Source: Hormiphora californensis (lineage: Eukaryota; Animalia; Ctenophora). From it: a stretch of 64,000 nt of DNA. Below are positions 12,695 to 30,500 of this stretch, piece after piece. Both the position numbers and the translations under genes were made by a program. Where the stretch lies: positions 372,001-436,000 of the forward strand of contig CM035362.1 of assembly GCA_020137815.1 (NCBI GenBank), in the 5' to 3' direction. The notes below the pieces were generated by a model. That model was not told the DNA's origin. It saw only the letters and a list, made by a program, of their open reading frames with translations, and did no database searches. The number at the start of each line of letters is the position of its first letter. The stretch's first letter is position 1.

Positions 12695-15600
12695 GTTGAA
12701 ATTCAACATATTGTTGTCATTGACAACAGCTGATAACGGTAACTTGTGGCCATATCCTGGAAGTGGAAGTAACACAGATCCTATTAGCTATTCAGGTAAA
12801 TTCTCCTCCTCTAGCTCTCTCCTCTTTTCTTTTCTCCACTATTTTTAGGCTAGAACTAGAGAAAGAGAGATAGGGGGGCCCGATAAATCTACCTCAATCA
12901 TCATGGGGTAGGGCGTGATTGTGGAACAGGTTGTGATGTGACTCCTTCCCCATTTTTTTTTGATTGTTATGAAAACCGGAGATGTTTTGCCAATTTTTTT
13001 CCGCATCATAAAGATTGTAGAAAGATAGGGGGCAGAGAGTTTTGGAGTGTGATGGCTAGATAGGGGCTGAATATAATTTTAGAGACTGTTTCTGGCACCC
13101 TAGCCACACCCCGTTCGGTTTCTCGGCGACAGAGTGCTGAGAGTGGATCGGGTGTTACAACTATTTTCCCAAGGTCCCCCACTCTAACTTTTTTAACACT
13201 TTCTCTTTCCATTTCTTTCTTACCATCGCCCATCCGCCACTTCTATACTTTACACACAACCCTTAGCTGTTATCTCCTCAGTTCAAAACGACTGCCAGTC
13301 GACGGGTTTGAGAGAAGTCGATATCGAGAGAGAGAGGAGATTGAGATAGAGAGAGAGAGAGGGGAGAGAGGGGAGAAGTAGAAGAGCGAGCAAGAGAGCG
13401 GAGCTATATGGGCCGCTGCATTCAGATTAGTTCATCACTATAGCCCGCCTAGCAGGACCCCACCACACACCATAACCTTGCCCATCAATCATAACAATCC
13501 TCCCCCAGTTTCCGCGTGGTATGTGTACAATTGGCACCCACAACTGTGTGTAGGGAAGTCTCTATTACATAATTTGGAGATGAACGTCGCAGTGGTGGCC
13601 TTCGTTTCAGCGGTATCTAAGCGACAGTCTCCTTCTCAAACAACTTCCATATGACGAAAGCTGTAAACGTTATTCCTCACACTTTCTGAAGTTCCCAGTG
13701 GAAGTTTCTTAATAGTTCGATGACTTTTACAGGGCCATCCCCATAGGTACCAAGTTAGTTGCCATGGCAAACCGTTGAAAGGGGCAAAAAGAACCACCCG
13801 GCGAAGCCGGGTGGGTTATCAAAAAGCCCTTACTTGAGGCGCACCCAATGGGTGGCTAGTTGGAATATAATATAGTAATACATCGAGTATCAGCCATCAG
13901 CCCCGTTTTTGCGTTCATTCAACGTTCATTCGGGTGGGAAATTTTTTTCCCTGAGGTCGTATACTTTGGATTGCTCAAATGATTAATGAGTCCCAATATA
14001 AATAATGGGCCGAAATATGAGAGTGACTGAAATTAAACTTCTGGGTGAAAAGAAGACCGACATACTCTCCCTTTCAATACTACAATTTCTTCATTGCATA
14101 ATTTATTTCAGAGCAACGATGGACCTCTGCAACGGTGCGGGAGCTAATAAACGCATCCAAGAAGAAGATGTGGGATATAAGAGGTAAGCCACTAATAACG
14201 GTCACAGTTATCTTTAAATGTAGATATGTATAGGACACATATCATTATTATGATATTGGAATTTTTCAGAAGAGGTGGTAGACGAAATGAACAAGGCCAA
14301 TGAAATCCAAGCTAACCAGATGCTGATGTGTAAGTTTATACGTGTATATATGTATATATCATTCATATATTCCGCATACAATCTAACACAGCGTACTTCG
14401 TAGGGTGCACTATTACACTCTGCGTCCCTTCTTGGAGGGGAGTATTAAACATTTTTTGGAGATCTGCCCGCGCACTACTCACAACTAGAACGTCTAAACT
14501 GTCTTGAGTTCACAAACATTTTTATGATTTGTTTTGGATCCAATTCCAATCCTTTTTACTATACAGTGTAAATAGCTCGACCATAATGTCCATTTGGCAA
14601 TTACTTACAGTGGTCATCCGACATAATTGCCATATCTCGACGTGAATTCTCGTGGAATTTGACAAGAATTAGCAGGCGTTCAGATGCACGTGCATCTTGG
14701 GTGCTGGCAGGCTTTCACATGTTGTAACATAGCACAGCATCTGAACGCCTGCTAATTCTTGTCGAATGCCACGAGAATTCACGTCGAGATATGGCAATTA
14801 TGTCGGATGACCAGTGACCACTGCTACTGATCACCAAGTTTCCAGAGAATCTGATTTGTAAATTTACATCTTCAGTTAAGGGTGTTCTAAATTGGCAAAG
14901 GTTGCCATGCCAAAGGGGGACTAACGGAGGCTGGAATAGCAGTGTCGAAGTGGTATACTCACATGACTGAATGGTTCTTTAAGGTATTTTTGTTGGCATC
15001 ATAAAAAATTAAATAAGAATGAGCTAGCTACTTGCCATTCTCAATGTCTGTATGTAATAGGGGTCTATGTGAAGTTTCTCAGCACTATAGTTAATCGTAC
15101 TAGCTCATCTAGAAAGAGCCAAAGTGGGTTAAAATTATCATGCACCACACTAACGCATGGCGGTATCATCAATAAGATCGCATACTCTTCCACGCTTTCC
15201 ATTATTCCAGCAACAAGACCTAGTACCACAGTCCACCTACCAACGTGGCGATAGGAACAATAATGATGATGACGATGATAATTCTCCTGGTCCTTCTTCA
15301 GGTGTGTAGTTTTCATGATTTTGCAACCTCTGCAGATTAATTTGGATGAAGTTACAATAATGAACATATTAGTTTTTACATCATTATAACTAATGAACGA
15401 TACAGACTTATAAATGTTCGATACCATAGCAATGGTCTTGATAATACTCAACGTTTATCCATTATCTTCTTTTGTGAGAAAACACGGCGTTCCACTCTTG
15501 CTTTAAGGTGGAAGTATGTTCGTATTTTCGAATGAATTTTAACCAGTCAGTCCGGATAGTTACCACTTCAGTTACCATAGCAACTGTGCATTATTGCCGT

Positions 15601-17514
15601 GCTGGAAAAATTCTGATCAAGTTTTTATTTGTCTCTTTAACTGTACTGAATTTTAGCACTCCGCGATATCTGGAACTAAAGTAGACTTGGGGGGTATTTT
15701 TTATAACGCCAGGCGGTTGTACCTGTATGTGTGTGATACACAGCATTAAATTAACTGTATGAAACAGTGATTTGATGGAGTAATCTGCAATACCCTAACA
15801 CGGCCTATCTATCTCCCTCAGTTCACTAAAGCATCGGGCAGCACTTCCTAGCACCCCCCCCCCCCCGATCCTCTACTCCTCGTGTTGATGGCTGGCCCCC
15901 TATCTCCAGACTGTACTGCAAGGTTACCTCTAGTTGGTGGCAGCTAGCTGAATGAGTGGCCTGCTTTCAGTGGAGGTATAACGTGTTGCGGGGTACCAGT
16001 GCATGGTATAGTTTCTGTCTTTCTGGTGTTACACTCACAGGACCCCACTACAAACACATCAGAGATGTCTGTAGCCCTCCCCCATCCGACCTACATTCCA
16101 TCAAACACTATATTTTTAACATCTTTTATATACCCATGCATTTTAAGTCTCCCCGTGTATTTACATTTGTCAAACCCAATACATTCGGACCCCTATTTGA
16201 CAGACACCGATTTGGCGGACACCCCCATTTAGCAGACAAAACCATTTCCTCCGAGGGTGCTGTTAAATCGGGGTCCGACTGTACCCCCATTACCAGGACC
16301 ATTTAACGTTAATCCCACCATTTAACACATCACTTCCATTACGCTCATAGCATGTACTATGAACCACAACATCATGTTTTAACCACTGAAGACCAACACA
16401 TATAATGAACACATATAACAACACACTGGACCATGGCACGCCAAGCATCCATAGCAACTGTAAGTTTGTCAAAGAGTTGTGTTGTGCTGCTCCGCTGAAT
16501 TGATACCCCTCATCCCTCCCAAAATTGATCTGCTGTATTAAATTTACATACATTGACACACCTGTATATATTTTTTTTTGGGCGTAGAATTCAATAGCCC
16601 ACCCCTAACCCCCACGTTCTCCTAGTGAACTGCAACTAACTGTAAGCGGCATTCTGGACCACTGGCGTTGTTGTGTTATACAGACTACAGAGAGACAGTC
16701 GAGAGAAATATCATCCACACCCGGCTGTAACAGGCAAGACAAACATATTCTGCCATCTATATCCTACCTCTTTAAACCTCTATTACTGTCCCATCCTTCC
16801 CTCAACCGCCAGTCTCACTCTTTTCAATATATATAATATATATATATATCTTTTTCTATGTGTTTCCTTGTACATCTCTTTCACCCTCTACCAACTAACC
16901 AACTACGGGGGGACTATCATTAGTCCTTGTGCCAACCTCTCACAGCCGAGGTTACGATCGCATAGTGTAATACGGGAAATCCCGTAGTCTAAACGTAGAA
17001 ATAGCCCCGTGACCTGCCCTGCCATAACCTCGGCTGTTAGAGGCCCGTAGCCACGACATTGCATTGGCTGATATGTCTGAGCAGGGTGGTCCTCCTGCCA
17101 TCTTTCAGATGATACTACGATGATATCCAGTTGGTGGATCACAACACGAATTACTCTCATGGATCTATCTGACTACCACACATTTCTACAATACATCCGG
17201 TGAGTTCCTCCGTACCCAACAAGCCCTGTAGCAACGCTCGAGAAACACGTAACTACCCGCCCATTCCTGATTCCCCCGGGTAGTTACGTGTGTCGTTATA
17301 ATGACACGTGTATGAGGTGGTGAAATTATCAAATAGAACTCCAACACAACAAAATTCCCTCCCACACCTCCTTCAGTCTCTCGTACAACCTATTTGATAT
17401 TATTACAATCCCCTAATTCTGCAGATTGTCTCTTGAAGATGGCGGAACTAGGAATAGCAGACGTAGCATTCAGTCACTCCAGTGGTGGGAAATCTTTTCA
17501 AAACCTAGAGAATA
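12695..17514 (+). CDS. Unidentified multi-exon gene with many small exons
   Basis: Phase-compatible joins of ~13717-13747, 14112-14182, 14270-14329 and 14876-14952 read FDDFYRAIPI-EQRWTSATVRELINASKKKMWDIR-EEVVDEMNKANEIQANQMLM-FKGVLNWQRLPCQRGTNGGWNSSVEV. Other candidate exons at 12695-12795, 17109-17199 and 17424-17514. No family recognised. Confidence 0.45.
13793..13859 (+). mobile_element. Helitron-like 3' terminus
   Basis: GC-rich hairpin CACCCGGCGAAGCCGGGTG, second hairpin CACCCAATGGGTG, then CTAG followed by T. Similar copy at 17979-18040. Confidence 0.55.
14608..14823. mobile_element. Palindromic MITE with ~80-bp arms
   Basis: CAGTGGTCATCCGACATAATTGCCATATCTCGACGTGAATTCTCGTGG... is mirrored at 14737-14815. 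No clear TSD. Confidence 0.75.
15065..15316 (-). CDS. Possible small 83-aa ORF nested antisense in an intron
   Basis: Acceptor-like TTAATCTGCAG 13 nt before ATG 15316; MKTTHLKKDQENYHRHHHYCSYRHVGRWTVVLGLVAGIM... No homology recognised. Confidence 0.25.
   Translation of the reverse strand: MKTTHLKKDQENYHRHHHYCSYRHVGRWTVVLGLVAGIMESVEEYAILLMIPPCVSVVHDNFNPLWLFLDELVRLTIVLRNFT
16182..16281. mobile_element. Tc1/mariner-type MITE, same family as 6936-7105
   Basis: TA|CATTCGGACCCC...AAATCGGGGTCCGACTG|TA. Confidence 0.7.
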
Positions 17515-17672
17515 GGGGACAGTGTTAGTTCGCAGTCTCCACTGAGAGGTAAAATCAACCCGCATTGCTGTAACGCGCGGTGCCACCTCTCCAGTCACCT
17601 TCCCGCAGTGCTTGTGGCCACTGCGCGTAGGATTGCTACAAGCTTGCGCGCACTCATCTATAATGCTCATAA

Positions 17673-17892
17673 AGTCGGATTTTTTGAAACTGTCACCCCC
17701 CTGAAATAACAAAATTTCCCATATCTCCGGTTCCTGATAAGATAGAGACTTGAAATTTGGAGGTTCGGAAGAACTTAGCAAGATCTTCGTAACCTCCAAA
17801 TTTCAAGTCTCTATCTCGTCAGGAACCGGATTTATGGTCATTTGCGAAATTTGAAAATACCCAGGGGGGTGACAGTTTCAAAAAATCCGATA
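17673..17892. mobile_element. Palindromic MITE (Kolobok-like family shared with 59081-59229)
   Basis: AGTCGGATTTTTTGAAACTGTCACCCCC / GGGGGTGACAGTTTCAAAAAATCCGA arms plus inner IR GATAGAGACTTGAAATTTGGAGGTT. Confidence 0.7.
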
Positions 17893-17978
17893 TTAGATGT
17901 GCAAAGGAGCCGGTTACTCAACAATTGGGTTCAGGAATGTCAGCCATGGAAACGGTCAACATTGGGTGAATAAAGAGG

Positions 17979-18040
17979 GCCACCTGTCGTAGCCGGGTGG
18001 GTTGTCCTCCTTCTTGAGGCGCACCCGGTGGGTGTGCTAG
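17979..18040 (+). mobile_element. Helitron-like 3' terminus, second copy
   Basis: GCCGGGTGGGTT...CTTGAGGCGCACCCGGTGGGTG..CTAG|T, matching 13793-13859. Confidence 0.55.
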
Positions 18041-18182
18041 TTTTAGAAAAGTTTGATGGAATGCGCGAATATTTTTGAATTTAAATACTAAATTGTGCCG
18101 CGCGTAAAAATCAATTTGAGTTACGCGCGCTTACTTGTTCAAATGCGATCCGAACGTTAAAATCGGCCAGGGTTGGGTTTGG

Positions 18183-18561
18183 CTTGAAAAGCGCTGCCTT
18201 ATCCCGCGCTGCGCGTGGCGCAGAACATCGGGGGTCAGCAACGTTTGCCAAGGGTTTGGCCAGCGTTAAAATCTGGGTGTTTTGGGAGTGCTGACAAACG
18301 GTTTTTTAGGGTTAGGGCTAAAGTAGGGTTAGGGTTTGGGTTGGGGTTAGGCCTTGACATTCCCTACCAGATAAACTTTGAATTAGCCAAAACGGTTGAG
18401 TGGTTTGGCGGTTAGAGCCATTTTAGTGAATCAACTTTTTTGGCAGCGCGCACCTGTAAACAGGCCTCCAAACACCCAGATCGTAACGGCGCCCGTTGGG
18501 TTTTGGCAAACGTTGCTGTTCTGGGCCACGCGCAGCGAGGGATAAGGCAGCGCTTTTCAAG
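18183..18561. mobile_element. Inverted-repeat element containing TTAGGG-like tracts
   Basis: CTTGAAAAGCGCTGCCTTATCCC..GCTGCGCGTGGC mirrored at 18525-18561. GGGTTAGGG tract at 18307-18352. Segment 18348-18497 recurs at 19931-20095. Confidence 0.6.
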
Positions 18562-18590
18562 GTTGGGTTTTGGTTCGGGTTTGGGTTTAG

Positions 18591-19930
18591 CACGGCGTGC
18601 CTGGTGAAACTTTAACACGACCTAGCATGCTACGGGAAACCACCACTTGTACGTGGTAGCTGAGGGTCTACAGAATGGCGGTACGGTGCGGGAAAAAACA
18701 TTCCATTGCCTAAAATCTTTTTTTTACTTTTATTTGATTTGGGTCAAAATTGGCTATATTAAACGTGGTCCCGAAAAATCCATAATGACTTAGCACACGA
18801 AATATGTCACCCCCACCTATTTTTGCACGTAGAATCGATTGCCGTTAAAGTCGAATCTCTAAAATGACTGTAAAATGGTCAAAAGTTGATTTTTTACCAT
18901 TTTTTGAAGGTTTTTGGCCCATAAACCATTGAAAACGTTGAGATAGGAATTTGAAATTAGTGCCAATCGTTAAAATGGTCATTTTTCTACCAAGAGCCAA
19001 GTTTTCGTGTATATCCGATTTATGGTTAGATTTGGGCAAATTGTTGAAATCTGCCAACTAGGAGAACCGTAACTTGATTTTCTTGTTTTTTGGATTTTGG
19101 CATTTTTGACAAACTTCTGATTGAAATGGTCAATCAGGACCATGCTTAAGTTGTTTATGGGACAATGTTCGACTAAAATCCAAGATTTCATACCAATCCA
19201 ATAACAGATCGTTGATTTATAGAAAATTTAAGTAGGCAAAACGGTCAAAATAAGCAAGAAAAGTTGTTATTTTGACCGTTTTGCCTACGCAAATTTTCTA
19301 TAAATCAACGATCTGTTATTGGATTGGCATGAAATCTTGGATTTTAGTCAAACATTGTCCCATAAACAACTTAAGCATAGTCCTGATTGACCATTTCAAT
19401 CAGAAGTTTGTCAAAAATGCCAAAATCCAAAAAACAAGAAAATCAAGTTACGGTTCTCCTAGTTGGCAGATTTCAACAATTTGCCCAAATCTAACCATAA
19501 ATCGGATATACACGAAAACTTGGTTCTTGGTAGAAAAATGACCATTTTAACGATTGGCACTAGTTTCAAATTCCTATCTCAACGTTTTCAATGGTTTAGG
19601 GGCCAAAAACCTCCAAAAAATGGTAAAAAATCAACTTTTGACCATTTTACAGTCATTTTAGAGATTCGACTTTAACGGCAATCGATTCTACGTGCAAAAA
19701 TAGGTGGGGGTGACATATTTCGTGTGCTAAGTCATTATGGATTTTTCGGGACCACGTTTAATATAGCCAATTTTGACCCAAATCAAATAAAAGTAAAAAA
19801 AAAGATTTTAGGCAATGGAATGTTTTTTCCCGCACCGTAGCGCCATTCTGTAGACCCTCAGCTACCACGTACAAGTGGTGGTTTCCCGTAGCATGCTAGG
19901 TCGTGTTAAAGTTTCACCAGGCACGCCGTG
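18591..19930. mobile_element. 1.34-kb near-perfect palindromic non-autonomous element, Chapaev-like (CMC superfamily)
   Basis: Termini CACGG...CCGTG, 4-bp direct repeat TTAG on both sides, ~660-bp arms with a ~15-bp spacer near 19260. ORF pairs 18845-19057(-)/19463-19675(+) mirror each other. Confidence 0.8.
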
Positions 19931-20366
19931 TTAGGCCTTGACATTTTCAGTTTTCTACCAGATAAACTTTGAATTAGCCAAAACGGTTCAGTGGTTTGGC
20001 GGTTAGAGCCATTTTAGTGAATCAACTTTTTTGGCAGTGCACACCTGTAAACAGTTAACAGGCCACGAAACACCCAGATAGTAACGGCGCCCGTTAAAAT
20101 CTGGGTGCCTGGCGCTTTCGAGGAAGGAATAAAAAACAATTTTGGCGGTTGAAACGAGTCATGGCAGATGGCTGTCCGCTATCAGCGCCGCTATGGCATG
20201 GTTAGGGCTATCTTACGAGTAACCTGACAATCCGCCCCTTGGATTCAGGGAAAATCGGATAAAGTTTGCTCCCAAAAAGGTCTTCAGTGGACAGTGTTGT
20301 CAATGCAATCATCGGATCTCGCTGTTTGTAAATTAGTAGTTGCACAATTTAATTAGGTGAACCCGC

Positions 20367-20672
20367 CAGGGGCGGTGCGCGGCTTTCAGCCGCTCTGGTC
20401 AAAATGCGGCCGAAACATTTTTAACTCGCGCGTTCCGTCGAAATACCCAATGCGGATGGTCCGCATTAGCTATTTTGACGTAGCGCGCCGATCAATAAAT
20501 ACTGCGACGGCAAAAAAACCTGTGTGGCGCGCGGATTTCACTAAAAATCTCATTTGAAACATAAATTTTGAGAAAAATTGACCCTTTTCCTTGAATTTTT
20601 CCTTTTTCTCTCCGTGATCCAAAGTAAAAATGCGGACGCGTCCGCATCGTCCGCATGGCAGAGCCGCCCCTG
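20367..20672. mobile_element. hAT-type MITE
   Basis: TIR CAGGGGCGG / CCGCCCCTG with perfect 8-bp TSD GAACCCGC (20359-66, 20673-80). Confidence 0.9.
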
Positions 20673-20739
20673 GAACCCGCTTAGGGATTAGGGATACCTG
20701 CCGATAAATCTTGTATTCTAAGTTCATACCTCTCAGTCA

Positions 20740-25639
<4,900 letters not shown>

Positions 25640-26080
25640 ATTTATTCAATTTTATTCCCCTCTGTCATATATTCCTTGAAGCTTAATATGACGCTAATCT
25701 GGGTGACTGACACTCATTATCATATTGGGCATTATTATGGTCCGATCCCGATCCTGATTTTATGATCATTTTATTATCTAGCTGATCGAAATTTATGTTA
25801 ATTACATTTTCTTGAAACAAACGCCTTCAATTATCCACTTTTAATCTCTGATCATCACTTCGTCGCACTTCGCAGTTTCTATTGTCTCAAATGCCTCAGA
25901 CTATGACCTAGATTCTAAGTTGTCTCTAATCTTTCCAAAAAAAAGCCGTGTGTGTGTGTGATGTGTTTTTGTTCACTACATCTGAAGTGTGCACACTTCC
26001 AGGGTGGGCGGCCATTTTTGTAAAGCCAATTACTACGACGCAGCAACCCGGTCAATTTCTAGATGACATCACACATCCAC

Positions 26081-26149
<69 letters not shown>

Positions 26150-27530
26150 ATCTCTTTGGTAAGTATCTCGTTTGCCCTTACACAACAGTAACCACACCTG
26201 GAGCACGCACAGACAGACAACTCTGCAAACAGCTGCTGCAATACAGTGCACAATGAAATAAAAAACAGGGTGAAAAAGAAGAATATAAGAGAGGTATACT
26301 CGGCACCTTATCGCCGTCCCTATCATCCCAGTCACTTAGCCATATAATATCATGTATTTATTGATATGCATTAGCTGCTCTGTAATATTTCTCTAACTCT
26401 ATCCCTCTAATCTCCATCCATCTCTCTCTATCTTTATCGCTCTAATGTCCATCCATCTCCCTCACTCCCTCTCCCTTTCTCTATCTCTCTTCCTCTCCAT
26501 CTACATTCCTCTATCCCTCTCTTATATCCCACTCTATCCCTCTGTTCTTATATCCCTCTGTTCTGTCTATATAATTGCTGAGCTAATGCGTAAATGATCT
26601 CAATGACCGGAACACTGGATAACAGTTAGTTGGACCATGTTGATATCCTCCGTTATTAGGCGCGTGGAAACTTCTCCTTCCAGTGATAGATCTCTGGAAA
26701 ATGAAAGCATATCTCTGTAAATTTTCACGTAGTGATTTAGACCTGCAGCAGATGCTCTCACACTCTTACATTAAACTTGTACTTTGAGTAGTTATAGCTG
26801 TCGATCAATATACTTCAGATGCTTGTTTCAAATTGTGCTGTGACGTGAACCGTGAAGTACAGCTGTATTGCCATGCCTATGATAATACCTGTACTGCACA
26901 GGACAGGCGCTGTCCAAGCTGCTCTCCCTCGCCCGTAGAACCATAATGTAACGCGATTAGCTCTCTCTCAATCCCTTTCTCCCTGTTTATCTCTATATTT
27001 CTCTCTCTATTTCTCTCTTGATATCGCGTTCTAAACGTTCCTGTGTTTATCACACACACACGTGTAGACGTAACTTAGGTAACGCGTCTAAGAGCTATAC
27101 AAACCACATGACATTTTAGTCTGCGAAGTGTTTCTATAGATCTGTTTGTAAGCTTATTTTTTGTAATGTACATTCCCGTCTATGCTTCATCTTTTAAGAT
27201 TATTCTTAGTTTAACCAGTTAACTTCTCTCTGTCCCTCTCTTTAGTCTCTCTCTCTCTAACTTTTCTCCATATTTGTATATCTTGATTTGTTGCGGTAAG
27301 GTGCGCCCTTATGTATTACAGGACCCATTGAAGACTCTACAATTAGCCCATAATAGTCCCTCTAGCTTCCCTCATTTTAGTAGAGGGGGGTTGGAGCACT
27401 CACTTTATCGTGCTCGCTGTATGTGTGTTGTGATTCAGTTCGTATCTTTGCATTTTCAATTATAATATACGCTCTCAGTGTTGTTCAACTTCTTCAAGTC
27501 TCATCAGTGTTGCTTCTTTAAGTTGATACT

Positions 27531-30500
27531 ATGTCTGATCTACCTGGTGATGTGCTAGACAAGAAATCTGGAGAAATGGATAAATCCAGTGGAACAGGAG
27601 GGATGGAGGGAGATAAGGAGGAAGGGATAGAAATAGGGATGGAGGGAGAGATGGAAAATACAGTAGGACAGGAGAACCTAGTATTCAATGATGAAGAGGA
27701 AAACGAAGGAGAGAAAGTTCCTGTGAAGGACACTTTTAAAGATTTAAAAGTTGATCAAGTGGAAACTTCTTTGGGAGATGAAGGGGGAGTGATAGATATG
27801 CCAGAGGTGGAAGAAATTGTAAATTGATCCTTGCTAATCGCTGTATAACTAATATATTTTCGTTGATTTTCATTAATTTGTTATTTGTTCGCTCTTACTA
27901 AACCGTCATTTCAGCTGTATGCATGCTGTATGTTGTTTACTCGTTATATATGTATTATTTTTGCCGATACGACCCCGCTACTATCTGCCATGTTTATGTC
28001 TAGACTCTAGCTGTACGCCACCGTAACCACTGTAACCTGTTATTTCTAACACCCCTCCCGTTTTCAGTTGCCCAGCCGAAGGAGACATAGTTCTCGGAGA
28101 AAGAAACCCGGGGCCGCACCTGTAAGTTAATAGAGTGCTCAAATTACACAGCTCAATAATATTTTTCCGCCAACACAGTAAAACCAGTCGATGTGAAAGT
28201 ACTCGGAAAGTCGGAATACCATAATACCTCAATTGTTTGTGTATCCACCTTTAGTTCCCTATAACACCCCCCCCCCCCCTTCACCTAAACAGAGTACCGG
28301 GGCAGTAGAACACCCTGAAGATGGGATTGAAATGGCTGACCTCGAGAGGAATGATGTCTCCAGGAGATCACTCAGACAGACCCTGAGGAGTAGAAGGAGT
28401 GTCAAGAGGGCTACAGGGGCTGGAGCAGCAGCACCCTTTGAATTGGCTTCTATTGAGGACAGGAAGACGATGAGGAGACAGGAACTAACAAGGGTATAAT
28501 ATTGAAATAGTGATTACATTAGAATAGGGGGACTAACCAGGGTTGAGGGTATAATTGAATTTTGTAAGGTTTTTTTCCGTTGAAATATATGGGGTATTTA
28601 GGACATGTAGGGTAGTATTTTGAACAAATTGTGATTGCTAGGGGTTTCATTTTATATGTCCAATTTACAATACTAAACATCTTGCTAACAACATCTTGCT
28701 AACAACATCTTGCTAACAACATCTTGCTAACAACATCTTGCTAACAACATCTTGCTAACAACATCTATCAGAACCGTTCCCATCAGATTGATAAGCGAGC
28801 CAAGTCCTCCCTTCCCCTCTGTACCTGGATAGGATACATGGTGTCTCTATCTGTACAGCAAACATTCATGAAGATATCTGATGCAAGGAAGAATATTAGG
28901 TTTGTCACGTGATGTGCAGCTGTATGTGTTATGTTTTAAAAACAGGTATATGTTATATATCGGCTACCCCCCCCAACCCCGCAGAGGGAACAGTGGCCTT
29001 CGGCCACTGCACCCCCCCAGAAATATCGGGCTGGAGCCAGCCCTGACCCCGCTATGTTCTAACCCTTCTTTGTACGTGATCTGCCCTCACGAACCACTCT
29101 CGATTTACCAGCTAGTCTCTTGCACCTGCTACCCTTTTGTTCATTCGAGTTACAGAAAAGGGTAAATCGAGGGGGACTGAGTTACAAAGCTTGAACCGCT
29201 CTTAATGGGGGCTCCGTGGGGGCTCCGATCTTGTGATTAATATATTCATCCCCTGAATATTGAGAACTGGTATGCGTGTCCCTCACCCCTCTTAAGTAAC
29301 TTATAAACCCCCTCACCCCTCTCTCTCCCTCTCTTTGCAATATCTTATAACCCCCTCTCTCCGCCCCACCCTCACCCCATCCCTTTGCAGTATCTGGGGA
29401 GGAGCAATTAAAGAAATCGAGGGTAACATGGGATCCGGAGTGGCAACTTATTTTAGGGTTCTCAGATGGTTACTAGGAATCAACTCTCTTATGTTTATCC
29501 TTGCTTCAGGACTTATAGTCGCCCCTGGAGTATTTGTAAGTTTGGAAATTATATACAGTTGTGTCTTGTTACTCCCGTTTTCTCAGTTATTCTTTCATTG
29601 ATTGAAAATTCCTTTTTTTACTTTTTTTATAAATCGATCCCCGATCCCTAATCAAACCAATAATATATTTCCTATCGGATATCTAATCACGTTTATCTCC
29701 CATGCTAGATATCATATAAGCACTACAACGGCACACCACCCCATTCTTTCAATGCTGACGATCTCGATTGTACAAATCCTAACTTCTTCGAGGACGAGAC
29801 TGTCTTCCACAACTACACCAACTATATCTTCCAGTTTCTCACCGGATCGGTACGTAAACTGTAGATCTGCTAACTTCGATCGAATAACGTCGGAGAACTG
29901 ATGGAACGACCAAGTTTCCCTCCATTTTTGCTGTCTGCACGTGCTAAATCTGTCGCGCGCAGCAGCTATCACTAGTTTTGTGAGTGAGATTCGGGAGAAC
30001 ACACAATTGTGAGCGTACAAAACTCTCGCGCGCGATTTAGCGTGGGAAAATTTAGAATCAACCGTAGCACAGATCTGCCAAATTGACGGCTGCAGACTGT
30101 AGTTTATTTCTTGAGTAATACCTTAATTTAAATAATATTCTAACTGTTCTATTTTCAGGGGTGGATGGAGAAAACACCGCTTTACATTGGGTACTACCCC
30201 TCCCTAAACATCACTAAAGACAAGGTAAGAACTATAGGATTCCCTTTCTCGACCCTCTCCCCAAAAGGATTCCCGACATGAGACCCCCACTCCTCAGTTT
30301 ACAAACAACATGTCCCCCACTCCTCAGTATGGTTTCAAAGATTCTGGTTGTATGCTTTACGATAACTACCGCTGTTTTACATTCAACGACGCTAGTAAGT
30401 ATATCTTTTGTTGTCATACACTAGTAGTGTCCCCTATGCATATGATGTCTTTATTCACCGTTATGTAAAGGCCTTCAAAACCGCCCTGTTTTCATTACGA

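Noticed and set aside
18307-18352. TTAGGG-like tract as an interstitial telomere or fusion site
   Set aside because: Only a few degenerate units, embedded in a dispersed repeat.
18845-19675. Paired 70-89 aa ORFs on opposite strands
   Set aside because: Artefact of the palindromic element.
26590-26960. Possible small minus-strand exons upstream of TMC
   Set aside because: Splice-like boundaries exist, but I could not build a consistent open frame.
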